A stretch of DNA of 64,000 bases from an uncultured Gammaproteobacteria bacterium (lineage in GTDB: Bacteria > Patescibacteriota > Patescibacteriia > CAYZDG01): NCBI GenBank assembly GCA_964536515.1, contig CAZHXI010000002.1, positions 60,908 to 124,907 of the forward strand. The letters run 5' to 3'. The position numbers and the translations under genes are program-made. How positions within the stretch are numbered: position 1 is the first letter of the stretch; every line of letters begins with the position of its first letter. Positions 27,906-37,357 of the stretch are shown piece by piece. Under the pieces are notes generated by a model that was not told the origin of the DNA, searched no databases, and saw only the letters and a list, made by a program, of their open reading frames with translations.

Positions 27906-28072
27906 GCTCGCCGCGTTTAGCAGTTTGGTTCGAGAGGTTATTTACCGTCGTTTTTGTTTTCCCCACTTTTATCCACTTCTTTTGTTTACCTCTCCATTCT
28001 ACACCACTCTGCTTTTCCGAACAACCACCGCGCTCCCCGCGGTCAAATGGACGGCAGCGGCTAAATAGACGT

Positions 28073-28095
28073 AAAAAATCCGCCCGGGTGGGCGG
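28073..28095 (-). terminator. Probable intrinsic terminator after tsaB-like gene
   Basis: 6-bp GC stem ccgccc/gggcgg followed on the minus strand by AUUUUUU. Confidence 0.4.
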
Positions 28096-28116
28096 CGAGC
28101 TGTTGATAACCCTCCC

Positions 28117-28563
28117 CTACTTCGGCTTGGTTATATTCGGGGCATGGATGTACCTAGGACGGAGCGTTCCAGCTGCCTGCCACCGCCCGAAGTGGACAAC
28201 CTTGAAGCCCTCCGCCAGCTCGTAGGCAGCGACCGGCAGATTCAAAGCCCACGCCAAGGCGTTGGCCACGGTTACAGACAGGCGGATGCCGCCGGGCGTT
28301 GAGGGGCCAACTACGGCAGCGATTCCCGTAACCTTGCTCGGGGCAAGGCCCAGTACGCGGTGGACGAGGCGCGAGAACCCCAACGCTCGGCTGCGTCCCG
28401 TGGGGGCCGGGGCTGTACGGCACGCCACGACCACGCCGTCCGGCCTGGCCAACCCAGACCACAGACGATCTCCGCTCGCATCCAGCAGCAGGATGGAGCC
28501 AGCACGTGGAGCGGCCTCTCGGCTCCGCTCGAGACTGGCGGCGGGGGTGCGGGGCGCTGCGGC
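28117..28563 (-). CDS. tsaB: TsaB/YeaZ-like protein (inactive Kae1 homolog)
   Basis: ILLLDASGDRLWSGLA..ALGFSRLVH..GIAAVVGPSTPGGIRLSVTVANALAWAL. The start is uncertain. Confidence 0.55.
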   Translation of the reverse strand, partial: AAAPRTPAASLERSREAAPRAGSILLLDASGDRLWSGLARPDGVVVACRTAPAPTGRSRALGFSRLVHRVLGLAPSKVTGIAAVVGPSTPGGIRLSVTVANALAWALNLPVAAYELAEGFKVVHFGRWQAAGTLRPRYIHAPNITKPK

Positions 28564-28611
28564 CATATATTCGGTATACTGTACTACTACCCCACCTCGC
28601 CCCGCCGCGCA

Positions 28612-30711
28612 ATGTACGCCACACAGGTAAACCACCTCCTCCGCCGCGGCACGCAGGCGGGCAGCGTCGCCAGCGTCTCGGTTGCCCGGCCCGGCGCCGA
28701 GGAACGTGAGGTGAAGGGCCAGCTCCTGCTGCTGCTGGAGGTACCGGGCTCTTCCGCCCGCCTGCAGGTAGCCGTAGACGAGTTCCTGCGGGCGGTGGAG
28801 GGCGCCTACTACAACGGCCCGGCCCAGGACCCAGAGGCGAGCCTGGAGCAGGCCCTACGCACCGCCAACGCCGGCCTGCCCGCCCTGTGCAGCCACGACA
28901 AGCGCTGGCCCGAGCGGACCAGCATGGCGGTGGTCGCATACCGCGGCGACCAGGTCTACTTCGCCACCGCTGGCTCTATCTGGGGCGTGCTGCTAACCCC
29001 CACGCGCGTCTCCACCGTAACCGAGAACGGCAGCCGAGCGGCGACGGTGAACCCGCTCAAGCCCTTCTCCTCCATCGCCAGCGGGCCGCTGCAGCCAGAT
29101 AGCACGGTGTGCTTCGCCACCCTTACCCTGCTGGACTACATAGCGCAGGAGAAGTTCCGCAAGCTGTGCGCCGACCTGCCGCCGCTGGGCGTGGTGCAGC
29201 AGCTGGAGGACCTGCTGGGCCAGGCATCGCCCCAGCTGAACATTGCGGCTATCATCATCAGGCGAACTCCCGCGGGGACAGAGGCGCACCAGCCCGCCGC
29301 CCACGCCGCTATCCCGGCCGCTGCCCCGACGTCGCAGCGATCGATGCGCCAGCTGGCCGGGCAGCGCCAGGCAACGGCGCAGCTCCTGAGCGCCCCCAGC
29401 CTGCGCCAGTCCCTGGGCAGCCGAGTATCGAACGGCGTTGCGGCGCTCCGAAGATCAGCCGCCGCGCTCGCCACCCCTCAGCTCTGGGCTGACCTGCGGC
29501 GGTCGGCGGAGCGTTCTGCCGCGGTAGCGCGCACAGCCGTTGCCACCAGCAGAACCAGGTTCTCTGCGGCGGCATCGTACCGCTGGCCGCCCTCGGCGTG
29601 GCTAACCGGGCTGGCGCTGGCGGCGAGCCGGCCGGTTCGCTGGGCCAGGGGCCTCCGCCCGGTGCAACGGATCATCGTCACGGTCATTGCGGCGGCAATC
29701 CTGGCATTGGCGGGCGGAACCCAGTGGCGGCTGACGCAGATCGCCAACCGTATCCCGCCGGTATCGGCCGACGTCATCTCGGGCATTGCCGCCAGCATCG
29801 ACAGCGCCACCAACGCCCTCATCTACGGCGACGAGGGCGCAGCTGCAGCGGCGATCGGCGAGGCGGATCGAGCCCTCGCCAGCGTGGATAGCCGCCAGGC
29901 TGACGACCCCAGCCTGCCGCCCCTGCGCCAGCAGCTGGCAGACCTGCAGCGCCGCCTCAGCCGAGCCGTTGCCCTGCCAAGCCTGGGCACGGTGGCTAGC
30001 TTCCCCGACCAGCAACCAGCTGGCCTAGCCATGGCGGGCGGCGACCTGTGGACGGTTACGGGCTCGGGGCTGGTCCGCGTTAGCCTAGACGGCGCAACCG
30101 AGGTATCGGCGAACGGCGTGGCGGCGGGATCTCCCCTGGCCGCCGAGGGCTCTACCGCCTACGCCGCGGGCGTTGACGTAACCGAGGCCAACGCGAATTC
30201 TTCCCGCGCCTACCCGTGGGAACGGCTAGCAGACCACGCCGACACCGTCGCCATTGCAGCCTACGGCAGCCGGCTGTACACCCTGGCCGACAACGGGCAG
30301 GTCTTCCGCTACCGCCGCTCCGGCGGAACGTTCTCGCAGGGCACTGCCTGGCTCAAGGGCCAGCCCAGCGGATCTGGCCGCAGCATTGCCGTAGACGGCG
30401 CCGTCTACGTCCTCACCGCGAACGGGGTCATACGCTACAGCCAGGGCAACCCGTCGCCGCTCAACCTGGGCAGCGCCTACCCCGCCCCCGCCGACCTACG
30501 AGCCTTCGCCGTGGGCAGCCGGGCCATCTACCTGCTGGAGCCCAGCCAGAGGCGCCTGCTGGCCTTCAACAAGCAGACCGGTCGCCTGGAGCAGCAGTTC
30601 ACCTCTGACGAGCTAGCCGCCGCCACGGCGGTAGCCGTGGCCGACGACGAACGTACGGCGTACGTCGTCGCGGGCGCGGCCGTGCGGTCTATCGATCTAA
30701 CGGCACGATAA
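28612..30711 (+). CDS. Membrane-anchored hypothetical protein (cytoplasmic N-domain, single TM, large extracytoplasmic C-domain)
   Basis: Start at the Met MYATQVN (the track start at 28360 would overlap tsaB). TM helix RIIVTVIAAAILALAGG. The N-domain is vaguely PP2C/SpoIIE-like. Confidence 0.4.
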   Translation: MYATQVNHLLRRGTQAGSVASVSVARPGAEEREVKGQLLLLLEVPGSSARLQVAVDEFLRAVEGAYYNGPAQDPEASLEQALRTANAGLPALCSHDKRWPERTSMAVVAYRGDQVYFATAGSIWGVLLTPTRVSTVTENGSRAATVNPLKPFSSIASGPLQPDSTVCFATLTLLDYIAQEKFRKLCADLPPLGVVQQLEDLLGQASPQLNIAAIIIRRTPAGTEAHQPAAHAAIPAAAPTSQRSMRQLAGQRQATAQLLSAPSLRQSLGSRVSNGVAALRRSAAALATPQLWADLRRSAERSAAVARTAVATSRTRFSAAASYRWPPSAWLTGLALAASRPVRWARGLRPVQRIIVTVIAAAILALAGGTQWRLTQIANRIPPVSADVISGIAASIDSATNALIYGDEGAAAAAIGEADRALASVDSRQADDPSLPPLRQQLADLQRRLSRAVALPSLGTVASFPDQQPAGLAMAGGDLWTVTGSGLVRVSLDGATEVSANGVAAGSPLAAEGSTAYAAGVDVTEANANSSRAYPWERLADHADTVAIAAYGSRLYTLADNGQVFRYRRSGGTFSQGTAWLKGQPSGSGRSIAVDGAVYVLTANGVIRYSQGNPSPLNLGSAYPAPADLRAFAVGSRAIYLLEPSQRRLLAFNKQTGRLEQQFTSDELAAATAVAVADDERTAYVVAGAAVRSIDLTAR

Positions 30712-30718
30712 AACGAAT

Positions 30719-30746
30719 GTAGGGACGAGGCGCGCCTCGTCCCTAC
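30719..30746. terminator. Bidirectional terminator hairpin between convergent genes
   Basis: Perfect 12/13-bp palindrome gtagggacgaggc gc gcctcgtccctac between the + stop (30711) and the rplL stop (30767). Confidence 0.55.
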
Positions 30747-30766
30747 ACGACAATCGAACCGGATCG

Positions 30767-31174
30767 TTACTTCAACGTAACGGTCGCGCCGGCGGCCTCC
30801 AGGGCTGCCTTGATCTTGTCGGCCTCCTCCTTCGAGGCACCCTCCTTCACCATCGCCGGGGCGGCGTCGGCCAGGTCCTTTGCCTCCTTCAGGCTGAGGG
30901 CCGTAACCTCGCGCAGCGCCTTGATGACGTTAATCTTCTGCTCACCGGCACCGGTCAGCTCCACGTTGAAGCTGGTCTTCTCCTCGGCATCGGCAGCGGC
31001 GGCGCCGCCGGCAGCGGGCGCCATCGCCATAGCCACCGGGGCCGCAGCCGTTACGCCGAACTTCTCCTCCAGAACCTTAACCAGCTCGGCCAGGTCTAGG
31101 ACGGACAGCTTCTCGATCTGCTCGACCAGGTCCTTGAACTTGGCCGGAACCTCTACCATCTTGTCGTCGGACAT
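30767..31174 (-). CDS. rplL: 50S ribosomal protein L7/L12
   Basis: [56 protein letters not shown]. Confidence 0.9.
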   Translation of the reverse strand: MSDDKMVEVPAKFKDLVEQIEKLSVLDLAELVKVLEEKFGVTAAAPVAMAMAPAAGGAAAADAEEKTSFNVELTGAGEQKINVIKALREVTALSLKEAKDLADAAPAMVKEGASKEEADKIKAALEAAGATVTLK

Positions 31175-31232
31175 ATGAATCAGGTTAACGATTGATAAAC
31201 GTCCTCGTGTAAAGACGCATTGCAATACGTCT

Positions 31233-31757
31233 CTACGCGCGGGCTACGCGGACCGCATCAAGGGTCCGCACGAACTTAGAAAGGGTGCCGTGCAGCACGC
31301 CCACCATGCCCTGGATGGGGCTGTTCAGGCTACCCACCAGCTTGGCTAGCAGCTCCAGCCTGCTCGGCAGGCTCGCCAGCGTCTTGATGCCAGCCTGGTC
31401 CAGCACGTCGCCGTTCACGATGCCGCCCCGCAGGGTCAGCACCTCGGCGTTCTTCTTGATGAACTCAGCTAGAATCTTAGCCGACGTAACCTCGTCGCCG
31501 TACGAGAAGGCGATGATCAGGCTGCCGTCCAAATCGGACAGCGTCTGGGGCATCTCGCCGTTCTTGAGGGCCAGACCCAGCAGGGTCTTCTTTACCACCA
31601 GCAGTTCGCCGTTGCTCTCCTTCAACGTGCGACGCAGCTCTTCGGTGGCCTTTACGGTTAGCCCGGCGTAGGCCGCAACGGCCACGCCCTTGGCGCGCGC
31701 CAGCTTCTCGCTGACCGCGGCTAGCTCTGCTTCCTTTGTGCTCTTCAGCTTTGCCAT
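31233..31757 (-). CDS. rplJ: 50S ribosomal protein L10
   Basis: [31 protein letters not shown]. Immediately upstream of rplL. Confidence 0.9.
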   Translation of the reverse strand: MAKLKSTKEAELAAVSEKLARAKGVAVAAYAGLTVKATEELRRTLKESNGELLVVKKTLLGLALKNGEMPQTLSDLDGSLIIAFSYGDEVTSAKILAEFIKKNAEVLTLRGGIVNGDVLDQAGIKTLASLPSRLELLAKLVGSLNSPIQGMVGVLHGTLSKFVRTLDAVRVARA

Positions 31758-32017
31758 AGATTGAGTGTTTCCATTGTTGGTTAGGGGTTTCCCCCTGGCT
31801 CGACCTTTAGCCAACTGCGAGCACTAAAAATGCGGCCCGTGGAGCCGCAGAAAGAGTGTCCTTTCCCCCGCCGGAGCGGGTTGAGGGTCTGTCTCGGTAG
31901 GATATTAAGCTATTTCACCCGCCTTTGCCCCTTTTGGGGGCTTCGGCGAGGCTAGCGCCTACGGTCTGCGACAGTTGGTAAAAGGATGATGCCCCAACGA
32001 CGGGATATCTGTCTATG

Positions 32018-32046
32018 TTGACAATATATTAATAATTTGATATTAT
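32018..32046 (+). promoter_or_regulatory. Consensus sigma-70-type promoter (TTGACA-N17-TATTAT)
   Basis: In the AT-rich divergent gap shared with the rplJL leader. AGAGG SD 9 nt before the ATG at 32090. Confidence 0.5.
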
Positions 32047-32089
32047 CTTACATATTAAGGTATTCGTACATTCACAGAGGAATGACCAA

Positions 32090-32563
32090 ATGTCAGACGA
32101 TAAGTATCAGCGGATCAATCTTCTGCTAACGCAACTTCTACCGTTGCTAGAGACCCGAGCTTTCATAGAGTGTGCCACGGCAAGCCTAACGGTACTCCGC
32201 TCTGCGGCCTACGTCAGAGAAGGCTACCTAAGCTTAGGTTGCGGAGAGCTAAGCAGGGCGAGGAACAACTTCGGATGGGCGGGGCTATACAAGAGAATCG
32301 CCAACTCAGAGGAGAGGGAGGCTGAAGCTACGTGGGATCGAGTGGAATCCATACGAGCATCGATCGCCGAGTACAAAGCAGGTAGCCACCCAGCTCTATT
32401 CGATACCGTCAATGAGGACGAGCTTCGCGGAGAGCTGGGTAAACTTGGCGCATTGCTGAATGTACTAGCCCTGAACCTTCGTGAGTGCGCAGGTGAGCTC
32501 CAAGATGATGCGCCGGGAGAACTCAACGCGCTACGTGAAGAGCGACGACGGCAGAAGCGGTAA
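32090..32563 (+). CDS. Hypothetical protein
   Basis: 157-aa helical protein with its own promoter; no family assignment. Confidence 0.35.
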   Translation: MSDDKYQRINLLLTQLLPLLETRAFIECATASLTVLRSAAYVREGYLSLGCGELSRARNNFGWAGLYKRIANSEEREAEATWDRVESIRASIAEYKAGSHPALFDTVNEDELRGELGKLGALLNVLALNLRECAGELQDDAPGELNALREERRRQKR

Positions 32564-32610
32564 CCAAACGAGAACCAACGGGACCCTACGGGGTCTCGTT
32601 TCGTTTACAG

Positions 32611-33429
32611 CTAACGCAGGTACCGGCGTTTTGCTGCGCTGTGCTCTTCACCCGTGCGGCTGAAGATGGTGGTGCCGTCCTCAGCAGAGAGGAAGTAGTA
32701 GTACGGGTTGGACGTGGGGTGCAGCACCGCCTGGATCGCCGAGATGCTGGGCATAGCAATGGGCCCGGGCGGCAGGCCGCGGTTGCGGTAGGTGTTGTAC
32801 AGGCTGGAAGCGGCTAGGTCGGCGGCGGTGGGCCGGGTAACGCTCTTGCCCGTGACGTAGTTCACCGTGGCGTCGCTCTGCAGCGGCATGCCGATCTCCA
32901 GCCGCTTTAGGAAGACGTCGGCGACGTTGCGGCGGTCTTGGTCCGTAGCCACCTCACGCTCCACGATTGATGCGAGCGTTAGAACTTCGTGCATGGTGAG
33001 GCTGTGCGGAACGGGCAGGGGCTCTGATAGCCGCTGCTGAACTGCCTCCGCCATCTCGGCCGTAGCCTTGGCCGTGAGCTGCGCCAGAGCCTGGTCCGTG
33101 AACACGCGGTAGGTGTCGGGGAACAGGTAGCCCTCCAAGCTGGCGGGCTGAGGCTTTACGCTGGCGATCCACTGGGCCGTGGCGGTAGAGACGACGCCGG
33201 ACCAGCCGCCGTCGCTAGCCCAGAAGGCCAGGATCTGGTCGCTGGATGATGCCACGCCCTGGTCCGCCAGGCGCACGGCGAGCTTGGCCAGCGAGTCACC
33301 CTCGCGGATGCGCAACGTAAGCTCGGGCCTAGGCGGGATGGCAGGGGTACGGGGCTGGCTGTACCAGGTGAATAGCCCAGCGCCGATGGCGAGGACGATG
33401 ACTGCGGCGATGGTGAGGAGGAGCTTCAT
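32611..33429 (-). CDS. mltG: Endolytic murein transglycosylase MltG (YceG-like)
   Basis: LEGYLFPDTY, ASIVEREVA, LQSDATVNYV and YNTYRNRGLPPGPI motifs. N-terminal TM anchor. Confidence 0.8.
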   Translation of the reverse strand: MKLLLTIAAVIVLAIGAGLFTWYSQPRTPAIPPRPELTLRIREGDSLAKLAVRLADQGVASSSDQILAFWASDGGWSGVVSTATAQWIASVKPQPASLEGYLFPDTYRVFTDQALAQLTAKATAEMAEAVQQRLSEPLPVPHSLTMHEVLTLASIVEREVATDQDRRNVADVFLKRLEIGMPLQSDATVNYVTGKSVTRPTAADLAASSLYNTYRNRGLPPGPIAMPSISAIQAVLHPTSNPYYYFLSAEDGTTIFSRTGEEHSAAKRRYLR

Positions 33430-33531
33430 GCGGTAGAAACTATAAGACTCGTAGACACTGAGACGGCGAGGATACAAGTCGACTGGGACATTTCATACAA
33501 GTCTCACTGTTTCCCTGTCTCCGTGTCTCAC

Positions 33532-34611
33532 CTACCGAAACTTCCTGTACCTCCCCTGCTCCAGCATCTTAACAATCTCACGCACGTTCTGCGCCTGGTC
33601 GCGGCTGCAGATCAGCAGCGCATCGGGCGTATCCACAATTGCTAGGTCGGCTAGGCCCACGGTGGCGATTAGGCGCTTGGTCCCCGAGTAGACCAAAACG
33701 TTACGGCTGCCGGAATCCAAATGCTGGCCAATAGATACCGTCTGCCCCGGCTTAACGGAGAGAACGTCGTGCACGCTACGCCAGTGGCCCACATCCACCC
33801 AGGTGAACCTAGCCGGCACCACGGCGCCGCCGTGCAGGTGCTCCATTACGGCGTAGTCTATGGATGTGGCCGTGCGAAGGCGGCGGTAGGCGGCAGCCAG
33901 GGCGGCGCCGAACCGCGGCGTGGGGTACGCCGCGGCAGCAGCCTCGGCTGCAGCAGCCACCGGGGCTGCGTGCCGGCGGATCTGGGCCAGCCACCGGTCT
34001 GACGTGGCGCTGAATATTCCTGGGTTCCAGTAGTGTCGGCCGGAGGCGACGTACCTAGCTGCGGTAGCTGCGTTCGGCTTCTCGCGGAAGCGCCTGAGCG
34101 GACGCCAGCCCCTGCCCGGCGCCTGGCGGCCGACCTCGATGTAGCCGTAGCCAGTCTCGGCGTAGGCCGGCGGCACGCCGATGAAGGCGAACTCACCCGC
34201 CGAGGCAGCCCTGGCCATGGTGCGGACGCAGGCTCGGAAGCGGGGTACGCTGCCGATGACCTGGTCGCTGTTGATGACGGTCAGCACGGCGCCGGGGTGG
34301 CGGCGCTGGGTTATCGCCGCAGCTACGGCAATGGCAGCTGCGGTGCCTCGCCCGCGTGGCTCGACGACTAGCTGGCTGGGCTTGAGCTTGGGCAGCTGGG
34401 CACGGACCTGCCGCACGTACGCGGCGGTGGTGATGATCAGCGGCGGCAACGTACCGACGCCGGCGGCACGATCCACCGCCTGCTGGAGCAGGGTCTGCCC
34501 GCCGGCTAGGCGCAGAAGCTGCTTGGGCTGCTGCCTACGCGAGAGCGGCCACAGCCGGGTGCCGCTGCCGCCGGCTAGGATAGCCAGCTGGTGCCGCACT
34601 CGCCTGCTCAT
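33532..34611 (-). CDS. Mannose-1-phosphate guanylyltransferase (NDP-sugar pyrophosphorylase)
   Basis: LAILAGGSGTRLWPLSRRQQPKQ matches the nucleotidyltransferase G-loop. Confidence 0.7.
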   Translation of the reverse strand: MSRRVRHQLAILAGGSGTRLWPLSRRQQPKQLLRLAGGQTLLQQAVDRAAGVGTLPPLIITTAAYVRQVRAQLPKLKPSQLVVEPRGRGTAAAIAVAAAITQRRHPGAVLTVINSDQVIGSVPRFRACVRTMARAASAGEFAFIGVPPAYAETGYGYIEVGRQAPGRGWRPLRRFREKPNAATAARYVASGRHYWNPGIFSATSDRWLAQIRRHAAPVAAAAEAAAAAYPTPRFGAALAAAYRRLRTATSIDYAVMEHLHGGAVVPARFTWVDVGHWRSVHDVLSVKPGQTVSIGQHLDSGSRNVLVYSGTKRLIATVGLADLAIVDTPDALLICSRDQAQNVREIVKMLEQGRYRKFR

Positions 34612-35261
34612 ACCTCGTTCTCGCCGACCAGCGGCACGAAGCTGAACCCAGGGTAGCGCTCCTCATCGAACTCCTGGTCCGACAGCCGCATCATCACCAC
34701 CACGTCCTGCGTCTCGTTGCCGATGGGCACCACCAGGCGGCCGCCCACGGCTAGCTGCGCCCGGAGGTCTTCCGGGAACTTGCTGGCAGCTGCGCCCACC
34801 ACCACGCGGTCGAACGGGGCGTGCTCGGGAATGCCGTGGGCACCGCTGCCCTCGATGCAGCTGACGTGCGGCAGCTTGCACGGCTCCATGTTGCTCCGCG
34901 TGAGCTCGGCCATGTTGGGCTGCACCTCCACCGCGAACACCTTGCCGTGCGGGTGGACCAGCTTGCCGAGCAGCGCCGTTTGGTAGCCGGACCCAGAGCC
35001 GACTTCCAGCACCGAATTATTCGGCCGAGGCTGCAGCAGCTCAAGCATGAAGGCCACCACGCTGGGCTGAGACATAGACGAGCCCGGCGCCAGCGGAATG
35101 CTGACGTCTTCGTAGGCGTGCTCGCGGTGCTCGGCCGGGGTAAACTTGGCGCGGTCAATGTCTATGAATGCCTGGATAATGGCAGGGGTGCGCAGCACGC
35201 CGCTGCCGCACAGGTGGCGGATGAGCTTGGCGTGGTCGGGGTGAACTCGGCTCAGGTCCAT
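34608..35261 (-). CDS. pcm: Protein-L-isoaspartate O-methyltransferase
   Basis: VLEVGSGSGYQTALL SAM motif; SMSQPSVVAFMLELL. The track ORF is over-extended by ~123 codons into uppP. Confidence 0.8.
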   Translation of the reverse strand: MDLSRVHPDHAKLIRHLCGSGVLRTPAIIQAFIDIDRAKFTPAEHREHAYEDVSIPLAPGSSMSQPSVVAFMLELLQPRPNNSVLEVGSGSGYQTALLGKLVHPHGKVFAVEVQPNMAELTRSNMEPCKLPHVSCIEGSGAHGIPEHAPFDRVVVGAAASKFPEDLRAQLAVGGRLVVPIGNETQDVVVMMRLSDQEFDEERYPGFSFVPLVGENEV

Positions 35262-36058
35262 ACAGAGGTACCGTACAGAACTATGGCCAGAATTGCCACG
35301 GCTACCCGGTACCAGGCGAACGGCGCCAGGCTGCGGCTGCGGACCCAGGCCAGCAGGCCGGCGACGGCTGCGTACCCGGCGACGGCCGAGGCAATGAATC
35401 CGGCTGCCAGCGCCACGGGGGCCACCCCGACCGCCGGGCTGACGATGTCGCCCCACTGGAACAGCACGGCCCCCAGCGTGGCGGGAACGGCGAGCAAAAA
35501 GGCGAAGCGGGCGGCATCTGGCCGGCGGAGGCCGAGCAGCAGAGCCACGGCGATGACGGCGCCGGAACGAGACAGGCCGGGCAGCAGCGCGAACGCCTGA
35601 GCTACGCCTAGGCCAATGGCTGCGCCCCACCCCAGCTGCGCCAGGGTGGATGACTGCTTGCCCCAGCGCTCACCGGAGAGAAGCAGCACGCTGCCGATCA
35701 CCAGCATGGCGGCGACCACGGCCAGGCTACGCGCGCCGGACTCAATGGCGTCGCCGCCTAGCAGGGCGACGATGACCACCGGCACCGTAGCCGCCGCTAC
35801 CTGCCAGGCCAGCCGGCCGTCGTCAGACTTCGGCGCGCTGAACGCTGCGTGAATAAGCCTGAGCAGGTCTCGCCAGAAGTAGGCCAGCAGCGCCAGCAGC
35901 GTGCCGGCGTGCAGCCAGACGTCGAACGCCAGGGTAGACCCCTCGGTGCCCGGCAGCAGCCGGTGCACGATGAGCAGGTGGCCCGAGCTAGAGATGGGCA
36001 GGAACTCGGTGAGGCCCTGCACCGCGCCGAGGGCAATCGCCTCGGCTACGCCACCCAT
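35252..36058 (-). CDS. uppP: Undecaprenyl-diphosphatase UppP/BacA
   Basis: GLTEFLPISSSGHLLI and PGLSRSGA motifs. Confidence 0.85.
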   Translation of the reverse strand: MGGVAEAIALGAVQGLTEFLPISSSGHLLIVHRLLPGTEGSTLAFDVWLHAGTLLALLAYFWRDLLRLIHAAFSAPKSDDGRLAWQVAAATVPVVIVALLGGDAIESGARSLAVVAAMLVIGSVLLLSGERWGKQSSTLAQLGWGAAIGLGVAQAFALLPGLSRSGAVIAVALLLGLRRPDAARFAFLLAVPATLGAVLFQWGDIVSPAVGVAPVALAAGFIASAVAGYAAVAGLLAWVRSRSLAPFAWYRVAVAILAIVLYGTSVWT

Positions 36059-36501
36059 AGCAGCATCGCCAGCGCCACGCCCAGGGCGCCGCCGGCTAGA
36101 ATCTCGGCGAAGGTATGGCCGACCCGGACGGCCAGGATCGGGAAGTCGTACTCGACGTCATCCGGCAGCGTCTCCACCAGCCGGTTGAGAACCCTGGCGT
36201 GGTCCCCCACCTGCCGCCGCAGCATCAGCGCATCGTTGAGGGTGAGGAGGGTGAACACCGACGCGACCGCCGCCGCCGGGCCGACGCCCTCGCCCAGGAA
36301 GAGGACCGTGCACAGCGAGACCGTAAAGGCGGCGTGCATTGAAGGCATGCCGCCGTAGGCCCACACCTGCCGCCAGCCGGCAGATCCACGGCTAGCAGCC
36401 AGGGCAATCTTCAGCAGCTGCGCCACCGACGCGGCGACGAGCGGAATAACGATGTACTGCCACATAGGACAAGGGTACCGCGGCCGCGCTACCCCTGGCA
36501 A
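36046..36501 (-). CDS. Divergent PAP2 (DUF212) membrane protein
   Basis: YGGMPSMHAA matches the GGMPSSHSA signature. Confidence 0.55.
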   Translation of the reverse strand: MPGVARPRYPCPMWQYIVIPLVAASVAQLLKIALAASRGSAGWRQVWAYGGMPSMHAAFTVSLCTVLFLGEGVGPAAAVASVFTLLTLNDALMLRRQVGDHARVLNRLVETLPDDVEYDFPILAVRVGHTFAEILAGGALGVALAMLLWVA

Positions 36502-37355
36502 TTGCCGCAGAACACCGTGCCGCGGCCGCCCACGACGGCTCGGGAGAGAGGCTTACCGCAGCGTACGCACGGCCTGCCGCCCCGGCCGTAGACCTTAAGG
36601 TACCTGCCGTACGTCCCACGGTTGCCGTGGCCGTCTAGGTAGTCGTTCATGGTGGTCCCCCGCTTGGCTACAGCCAGCTTGAGTATCGCCCTGATTGCGG
36701 CGACGAGCGCCTTAGCCTCTGCCGACGTGATGGTCTTCGCACGGCGTTTCGGATTAATCCGCGCCCGGAACAGCGACTCGTCGGCGTAGATGTTGCCGAC
36801 GCCAGCCAGTAGCGACTGGTCCATGATCATCTGCTTGATGGTCGCCTTTGGCCGGCGTGCCGCCCAGGCGAGGAGGATCGTCGGCGTAAATTCCTTCTGG
36901 AACGGATCAATGCCCCAGTCGCCGTCGTGCATCTTCTTCCAATCGGCTGCGGAATAGATGCGGATGTAGCCGAACTTCCGCGTATCGTTGAAGTACAGGC
37001 TGTCGCCAGATTTGAACCCAAGCTGCACCTGCGTGTACCTGTTCGGCAGGCCCAAGCCGCGCACGCCGAACGGGTGTCCCCCGCCTGCCAGCCGCCCAAC
37101 CTTGGATTTATATATAAACTGCCCGGTCATCTTCATATGCCCTATGAGAACTAAGCTTTTGTCCAAAGTGAATACAACCACCTTAGCCCGGCGGGTAACG
37201 GACAGGATCTTTCTGCCACGGAGAATCTTGATGAACTCCCTGGGCTCCGGGCTAACCTGCTTGGGCGAATTCACGACGACGGATACTATCGTCTGGCCCG
37301 CAATCTTTGCTTGCAGATCATCTGCAACGGTCTGGACTTCGGGAAGCTCGGGCAT
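36489..37355 (-). CDS. mutM: Formamidopyrimidine-DNA glycosylase
   Basis: N-terminal PELPEV catalytic Pro, H2TH, and C-terminal zinc finger CVRCGKPL..CGNCQ. The track ORF is over-extended by 104 codons. Confidence 0.85.
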   Translation of the reverse strand: MPELPEVQTVADDLQAKIAGQTIVSVVVNSPKQVSPEPREFIKILRGRKILSVTRRAKVVVFTLDKSLVLIGHMKMTGQFIYKSKVGRLAGGGHPFGVRGLGLPNRYTQVQLGFKSGDSLYFNDTRKFGYIRIYSAADWKKMHDGDWGIDPFQKEFTPTILLAWAARRPKATIKQMIMDQSLLAGVGNIYADESLFRARINPKRRAKTITSAEAKALVAAIRAILKLAVAKRGTTMNDYLDGHGNRGTYGRYLKVYGRGGRPCVRCGKPLSRAVVGGRGTVFCGNCQG

Positions 37356-37357
37356 CA

